A stretch of DNA of 64,000 bases from an uncultured Chloroflexia bacterium (GTDB taxonomy: Bacteria; Chloroflexota; Limnocylindria; Limnocylindrales; CSP1-4). How positions within the stretch are numbered: the stretch's first letter is position 1; every line of letters begins with the position of its first letter. The DNA lies in contig CAVVJT010000003.1 in assembly GCA_963748625.1 (NCBI GenBank), forward strand, positions 256,001 to 320,000. Reading direction: 5' to 3'. Made by a program: the position numbers and the translations under genes. Below are positions 58,351-64,000 of this stretch, piece by piece. The notes beneath the pieces were generated by a model. It searched no databases and was not told the origin of the DNA. It was given only the letters and a program-made list of their open reading frames with translations.

Positions 58351-59163
58351 ATGGGGATTCTGAGGCGGCGCAGCGCCGCCACCCATGCCACCGAGGGCGA
58401 ACGCACCGCCCGTGGGCGATACCCGGATGGGGACGTCGCAGCGTGGACGGCCTACGTCGCCCAGAGCGACGTCGAGGTCGGGGTGTTCGATCGCACGCCC
58501 CTCGTCGTCGGGCAGCGTCGCGCATGGCCGCGGGACAAGGACATCGACGTCATCCCGAACCTCATCGTGTGGTGCTCGCCGGAGAGCGCCGTGAGGTGGT
58601 GGCCCGCACGGCTGTTCGCCGTGGGCTCGATGGATGGCCTCGAGCGGCGCAGCTTCGCGGCCGGCTCGACGACGGGGTGGTGCCGGGGCTACACCGTCCT
58701 CGAGGAGCTGCCCGGGCACCGGTCGTTCGGACCGGGCGGGGAGGCCGCGGTCGCGGTCGCCGAGCACGCCGCCCGCCTCGACGCGAGGGGTATCCGCCAG
58801 CTCGGGGATCTCGCCCGGTCGGTCACGCCAAAGCCGCCGCTCGACGCCGTACGCGCGGCGCGCCAGGCCCGCTACGGGCCCGGGGCACGGTGGCCGGAGC
58901 CCAGGGACACAGGACCGCTCTCCGTATTCATCGACAACGCCTGGGCCAAGGCAGCCCTCAATGTCGACCCGGAGATCGGCCCAGGGCACCTCCTGGACGA
59001 GTTCGACGGATGTGTGCGGGAGTGGCGGATCGTCGACCCGGTCTGGTGCGCCGCCGCCAGAGCGGCGCATGCCGCGATCTCCGCGGAGGTGTGGGCCGAT
59101 GTCCTCGACGGGGACGTGCGCGAGGGGCTTGCTACGCCGTGGAGGCTGTTCCTGGCGGGCTGA
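58351..59163 (+). CDS. Hypothetical protein
   Basis: 270-aa ORF with GC-rich third codon positions. Confidence 0.55.
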   Translation: MGILRRRSAATHATEGERTARGRYPDGDVAAWTAYVAQSDVEVGVFDRTPLVVGQRRAWPRDKDIDVIPNLIVWCSPESAVRWWPARLFAVGSMDGLERRSFAAGSTTGWCRGYTVLEELPGHRSFGPGGEAAVAVAEHAARLDARGIRQLGDLARSVTPKPPLDAVRAARQARYGPGARWPEPRDTGPLSVFIDNAWAKAALNVDPEIGPGHLLDEFDGCVREWRIVDPVWCAAARAAHAAISAEVWADVLDGDVREGLATPWRLFLAG

Positions 59164-59289
59164 GGCCACGGCCGGGCTTGATGTCATCCGCCTTGTGCGG
59201 GCATCGGGAGGGCCACGGCGGGACAACGGCGCCACCAGTACAGGCTGGTTGTCCGCGCAACCGCCCCATGGATAGAGGCGAGGCCACCA

Positions 59290-59676
59290 TCAATCGGTCT
59301 CCAGGACGATCGCTCGCACCAGCGCCATCTCCGGATCGTCGCGGCCCACGGGGTAGACGACGATGATGACGCCGCGGTCGGGGCCGTCGGTGATCTCGAA
59401 CTTCAGCCCTTCCGGGAAGACCGCGGCGCACGGATCCTCATAGCCGGCAACGCCTGCGTATCGGAGGCGCGTGCCGGCCGGGATGAGGGTCGGGCACGGG
59501 GGCGGCGGGGAGTGGCTGAGGTTCCCGTCATACCGGTTCGGCCCGTAGTAGGGCCGGGCCGAACCGAGGTCGAGGGTGGCGGTCGTGCGCCACATCGACC
59601 CGACTGGCGGGAGATCCTCGTGCAACCACGGCGGCGGCTCGAGGGCATCGGAGGCCACGAGTTCGGCGAGGCTCAT
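59290..59676 (-). CDS. Hypothetical protein
   Basis: ATGA overlap with the upstream GGDEF gene. Confidence 0.55.
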   Translation of the reverse strand: MSLAELVASDALEPPPWLHEDLPPVGSMWRTTATLDLGSARPYYGPNRYDGNLSHSPPPPCPTLIPAGTRLRYAGVAGYEDPCAAVFPEGLKFEITDGPDRGVIIVVYPVGRDDPEMALVRAIVLETD

Positions 59677-60839
59677 GGTCGAGATCGGCTGACCACTCGG
59701 GCCGACTTCACCGCGTACGCCCTCCTGTCAGCGACTTCCACGAGCTCGAGGGCCGAAGACCCGTCGTCGGGCCAGCACGAGAAGCCAACGCTTGCCGTGA
59801 CATGCACGGGGGTGCCCTCGGTGAGAGCCGCGATGGCGATTCCGACCCGGTCCGCGATCGTCCGCGCGACCTCCGCATCAGTGCCGTGCAGCAGGATCGT
59901 GAACTCGTCGCCCCCGTAGCGGTACGCCCGATCGCTGTCGCGCAGCGAGGTCCGGATCGCTCCGGCGATCCGGACGAGCAGGTCGTCGCCGGCCGGGTGC
60001 CCCAGGGTGTCGTTGTACACCTTGAACCGGTCCAGATCGAGCAGCAGGACGGCGAACGTCTCGGCAGCTCCGCGCCGCAGGTGCTCGTTGAGGTGGCGCT
60101 GGAAGGCCCCATGGTTCAGGAGGCCCGTCAGCGCGTCGGTATCGGCCTGCGACACCACATCTCGGTGAACCTGGGCGTTCTGGATCGCGATCGAGGCAAG
60201 GCTGGCGAACAGTTGGATCAGGGAGAACTCCGCATCGGTGAACGCCTGATCTCGAGGTGCCCTCCGCGAGACCTTCATCGTGCCGGCGACGAGGCCGTGC
60301 CGCACCAGGGGCACCACCACGGCCTGTTCCGGCCCAGGGTAGGTCCCCGGTACGAGGACGGCCCGCGGATCGTCCTGGGCGTCGACGAGGTTGAGAGGCT
60401 CGCCGGTCCGGATGACCCATCCGGCGAGACCGGACTCGCTGACGTCGATCGGCCTGGGGGTCTCGAAGAAGGTCGCTGCCGCTTCGGCATCGGGGAACGA
60501 GATCTGCGCGAGCCTCGGGAGCCATGTCCGGGCCGCCCAGTCCACTTCGGTGATCACGAGGGCGTCGTGCGTGACGAGCGCACCCAAGGAGTCGGCGATC
60601 AGCTCCAGGACCTCTGCGGGGTCGAGGGAAGCGAGAACGCTCTGACTGACCTCGAGGAGCCGGCGCTGGCCTTCGATCAGCATCGCGATCTCACCGCGCC
60701 GAGGCTCGAGTTCGGCCGCGAGCCTGTCTGTCCCATCCCCGCACACAGTGTCCGGCGACCGATGGCTGGTATTGGCCGCAACACCGTCGATGTAGGTCCC
60801 CACGCGTTGAGGGTGGACGCCGGGCGACGTTGCCGCCAT
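59673..60839 (-). CDS. GAF-GGDEF diguanylate cyclase
   Basis: GLAGWVIRTGEP...DPR...VVPLV GAF; TDALTGLLN, DLDRFKVYNDTLGHPAGD, YRYGGDEF. Confidence 0.92.
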   Translation of the reverse strand: MAATSPGVHPQRVGTYIDGVAANTSHRSPDTVCGDGTDRLAAELEPRRGEIAMLIEGQRRLLEVSQSVLASLDPAEVLELIADSLGALVTHDALVITEVDWAARTWLPRLAQISFPDAEAAATFFETPRPIDVSESGLAGWVIRTGEPLNLVDAQDDPRAVLVPGTYPGPEQAVVVPLVRHGLVAGTMKVSRRAPRDQAFTDAEFSLIQLFASLASIAIQNAQVHRDVVSQADTDALTGLLNHGAFQRHLNEHLRRGAAETFAVLLLDLDRFKVYNDTLGHPAGDDLLVRIAGAIRTSLRDSDRAYRYGGDEFTILLHGTDAEVARTIADRVGIAIAALTEGTPVHVTASVGFSCWPDDGSSALELVEVADRRAYAVKSARVVSRSRP

Positions 60840-61180
60840 TGGACCATCGTCCTATTGGCGCACCCGACGGGACGCCTCGTGCGGTCCCGCGGATCGAAAT
60901 TGGGACTCGCTGGCGAGAGCTCTGGGACGCCCCTCGTCAGAAGGACGGGACGTTCACATTGACCGGTGCCTGGCTCGACGCCACCCGCCTCTTCGGCCCG
61001 TACCGGTTCGAACGCTCTTGGCTGACGGACAAGGGACGAATCTCAATCATCGGGGCGCGGATCGTCATCAAGGGCTGACGCTTGCGCGCCGCGATCGTGA
61101 GGGCACTCGGCGATGCCAGGTCAGAACATCGAGTGGTCCCCCTCGTGAGGGCGGCGTTGGTCCTTGGAACTGCCTGGGCG

Positions 61181-62565
61181 TCAAGGACGATTGGCAGTTC
61201 CCGGATCCTCGACAGGCGCAAGGTCCTTCGACACCGGGCTGCCGGGCATGGCCACGAAGACCGTCATGCAACTGCCCTTTAGCGGGCCGTCGAGGACTCG
61301 GAAGCGGTCCCATCCCCCGTGTCCCCACGGGCTGTTGTAGTCGCGCTGGTCGTAGCGCAGGAGGGTGCCGCGGGCGACATCGACTGGTGCCGCCGATGGG
61401 TGCACGTCAGTCGAGGCATGAAGGACCGGGGCGGTTACTCGCCAGATCCGAGACGCGTCGGCGCGCTCGCCGACCTCCGCCTCCCATACCGTGTGCATCC
61501 GCCCGCACTCGCACCCGACATCGACCGGGTCGCGTAGTCGATCATCGGCCAGCTCGATCCGAGTTCCACGATTGATGGCCGCCGCCAACGCGCGATCGGC
61601 GAGCCATACGATCGTGTCCAAGGTGTCTCCTCCCGCGCGACCCCGATCCCGATGGTCACGTCGACCGGATGGCCGGGGGCGCCTCCTCCGACTGCCTGGA
61701 CCGCTGCGCGTAGGGCGCGCGCGAGTTCGAGGGCCGGCCGGCCACCGCCGTCCGCGACCACGAGGAACTCATCGCCTCCCACCCGCCAGACGGGACGCTC
61801 ACCGGCGACCCCGACGAGCGCAACTGCGATCGCCCGGATGATCTCATCACCTCGGGCGTAGCCCCAGTAGTCGTTGATGTACGCGAACCGGTACAGATCC
61901 AGATAGAGGACGGCGGTCCCGGGGTGCAATCGATCTGCCAGCGGGAATGCCGGATCGATCCAGTGTCCGCGGTCGTCGCGCGGTGGTATCGGAAGGCCAG
62001 TCAGCCGATCGCGCCGCGGTTGGGCCGGGCGTGCATCTGGCCCTGCCTCGACAGGCTGCACCCGCGGACCACGGATAGCTGACGCCGTCGCGGGCGAGAG
62101 GACCTGCTCGAGCGCGATGGCCGTCGCGGCAAGACCCGTCGCGGCCGCGTACGACGCCGCGAGGCCATCAGGCCTGCGGGCAAAGCAGACATCCTGGGCA
62201 GTCATGCCAAGGTCGAGCGACTCCGACGCCACGACCATGGCATCGGCATACGCATGACGGGCGGCATCCTCGAGACCCGTCGACGCGGCGACGGTGATCA
62301 GCTCGGCCTCGAAGCGTTCGGCGAGGAATGACCCCGGATCGTTGCCGTACCACGCAGCAATGCGCTGGGCGTCCGCTTCCGTCGCCGGGATCACGCCCGA
62401 ACGGAGGAACTCGATGACTGCGCCAGTGTTGGGGCCATAGCGACCGGCCGGCACATCATCCTTGAGGAGAACGGACAACGCGCCCGCGCCGCTGGGAAGC
62501 GGGCCGTGCTCACAGACGAACGACGACGACAACGGGAGCCGCTCGGCCATATCCGGGTCGTTCAT
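61181..62565 (-). CDS. GGDEF protein with unknown N- and C-terminal domains; frameshift near 61630
   Basis: RDRLTGLP, DLYRFAYINDYWGYARGD, RVGGDEF, VTIGIG; continues LDTIVWLADRAL in the 61181-61621 frame. Confidence 0.75.
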
Positions 62566-63139
62566 GCCGTCCACCGTGCCTCGCGACAGGCGCGGATGCA
62601 ATAGGTATGCCTACCAGATCGCGTCGTTGACCATCACGGGCAGCTGAGGGACACCCGGCGACGTGCCACTGAAGCTGCGCGTCACGAACTGACCGTCAGG
62701 TCCACGACGCATGATCGCGTTCAGGCACCCATTCGAGGATCAGGTACGACTCGACGGCCATCATCGCGAGGCCACGGGCGAGCCGCGACTCGAGATCCGC
62801 CCAGGTGATCGGCAACTCGGGGCGTTTCGTCATCGGTTCCGACCGGCGGCGACCACGGACCCGTCCCGGCGGACGACGATCCGCACGCGTGGGACTCGTA
62901 GTCCGCCTGATCGGGTTCGATCACGCAGCCGCCGATCGCCCACTCACCGGCCTGGAGTTTGGCTTCCCACTCCTGGTCGAATGCGGATGGCCGTAGAGGA
63001 TCTCCGCTACGTTGCGCGACCTACATGCCGGGCACGGGACGCGAGGGCGAGCCGCAGGCCGGTCTTGTCTGGAAGGTCGGCGGACTCCGCGCATGCCCGC
63101 CGGGCGCCGTCCACGCGCGTGCGCAGGGACAGACCGGCC

Positions 63140-63976
63140 TCAACCTCCAGAGCGACGTCCCCGGAACAGGACGGCGGAACCCGCCCCGATGAGCGCGACG
63201 AGGACCAAGAGGCCGATCACCCACGGCGTCGACGAACTTGATGACGTGCCGTCGCTCCCGGAATCCTGCGGAGCGGACGCTTCTGGCTGCGCCGAGACGT
63301 CGGACGAGTTGCTGGACGGCGGCACGACCGATGCCCCAACCAGTTCGGTTGCCGCCGACGACGGGCCCGCGGTCGGATCCGCGCGGGCCGAGGGCGCATT
63401 CGATGGTGTCGCGGAGAGGGTCGGGGACGGCGTCGCGTCCGGAGTCGCGACGGGAGTGGGCTTGGGCGTGGGTTTCGCCGTGGGCTTGGGAGTTGGCCTC
63501 GGCGTGGGCTTGGCTGTTGGCCTCGGCGTGGGCTTCGGCCCCTTCACGGCGGTCTGCCGCTTGGTCACGGCCTTCACCGGCGTCGTGGTGTAGTCGTAAC
63601 TCTCGACGACCGTCACCGTGTAGGTCCCACTCTTCGGCACGCTGATCGAGCCGCTCTTCGAGTAGGCGGGCTGCGCCGCCATCGGCCCACCAGGGAACAG
63701 GCCGTACATGTATTTGGCCAGGACCTTCTTGTACCCAGGGCCGGTCAGCGTGACGGTGATGTTCATCCGCTCGCCCAGCGCGTCCGTGTTCTCCCAGTAG
63801 CAGCCCCCGACGTAGACCTTGACCTTCAGGCGCGCGGGCGACTCGATCAGTACGGGCGAGCAGTTCGGGCTGATCCCGTAGGCGACAGGGGTCGGCGCGA
63901 GCGTGCTGAGAAGCCCCACGAGAAGCGCCGAGGTGGCAGCGATGCGGCCAAGCTGCATCACCTTGGTGCTGGTCAT
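63140..63976 (-). CDS. Secreted protein with KPTP repeats and C-terminal TM anchor
   Basis: GAGGGGGG SD; signal peptide; (K/R)PT(P/A) tetrapeptide repeats; TM plus basic tail. Confidence 0.8.
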   Translation of the reverse strand: MTSTKVMQLGRIAATSALLVGLLSTLAPTPVAYGISPNCSPVLIESPARLKVKVYVGGCYWENTDALGERMNITVTLTGPGYKKVLAKYMYGLFPGGPMAAQPAYSKSGSISVPKSGTYTVTVVESYDYTTTPVKAVTKRQTAVKGPKPTPRPTAKPTPRPTPKPTAKPTPKPTPVATPDATPSPTLSATPSNAPSARADPTAGPSSAATELVGASVVPPSSNSSDVSAQPEASAPQDSGSDGTSSSSSTPWVIGLLVLVALIGAGSAVLFRGRRSGG

Positions 63977-64000
63977 ACTCCCCCCTCGGATCGGCCGACA

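Noticed and set aside
62611-62830. Possible YbjN/chaperone-like gene fragment (ITWADLESRLARGLAMMAVESYLILE)
   Set aside because: Short, interrupted by stops and without a clear start; too weak to call
10250-64000. Prophage
   Set aside because: No terminase, capsid, portal, tail or lysis genes recognised

Overview
Very GC-rich bacterial DNA (roughly 70% by eye; protein style suggests Chloroflexota or Actinomycetota, which is inference) with no housekeeping genes, so the whole window looks like an accessory island. Two identical 45-bp 3' halves of tRNA-Cys (1570-1614, 10168-10212), each with flanking 11-12-bp-period repeats, and an adjacent tyrosine integrase indicate tandem integration at tRNA-Cys. 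An excisionase-like HTH, a frameshifted FtsK/SpoIIIE translocase, a soluble FtsH-like gene and a serine resolvase lie further right. The cargo has four main parts. (i) Large secreted proteins built from nucleotide-identical modules share a basic C-terminal domain. (ii) A translationally coupled operon runs Ser/Thr kinase - TPR-like protein - HPD-less J-like protein - GrpE - Hsp70 with a zinc-ribbon insert - ZnR/TPR/TM/BON/LysM protein - zinc-ribbon membrane protein. (iii) An ECF locus holds two membrane-tethered sigma/anti-sigma fusions identical over 1176 bp but with different extracytoplasmic domains, an orphan homologue of one such domain, and five TGTAAGG-N16-CTCAA promoter-like sites. (iv) Three GGDEF genes and many hypothetical genes make up the rest. 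Parts (ii) and (iii) are the best candidates for undescribed systems. Many single-base frameshifts may be long-read errors. All family calls are from motif recognition by eye; no database search was run.
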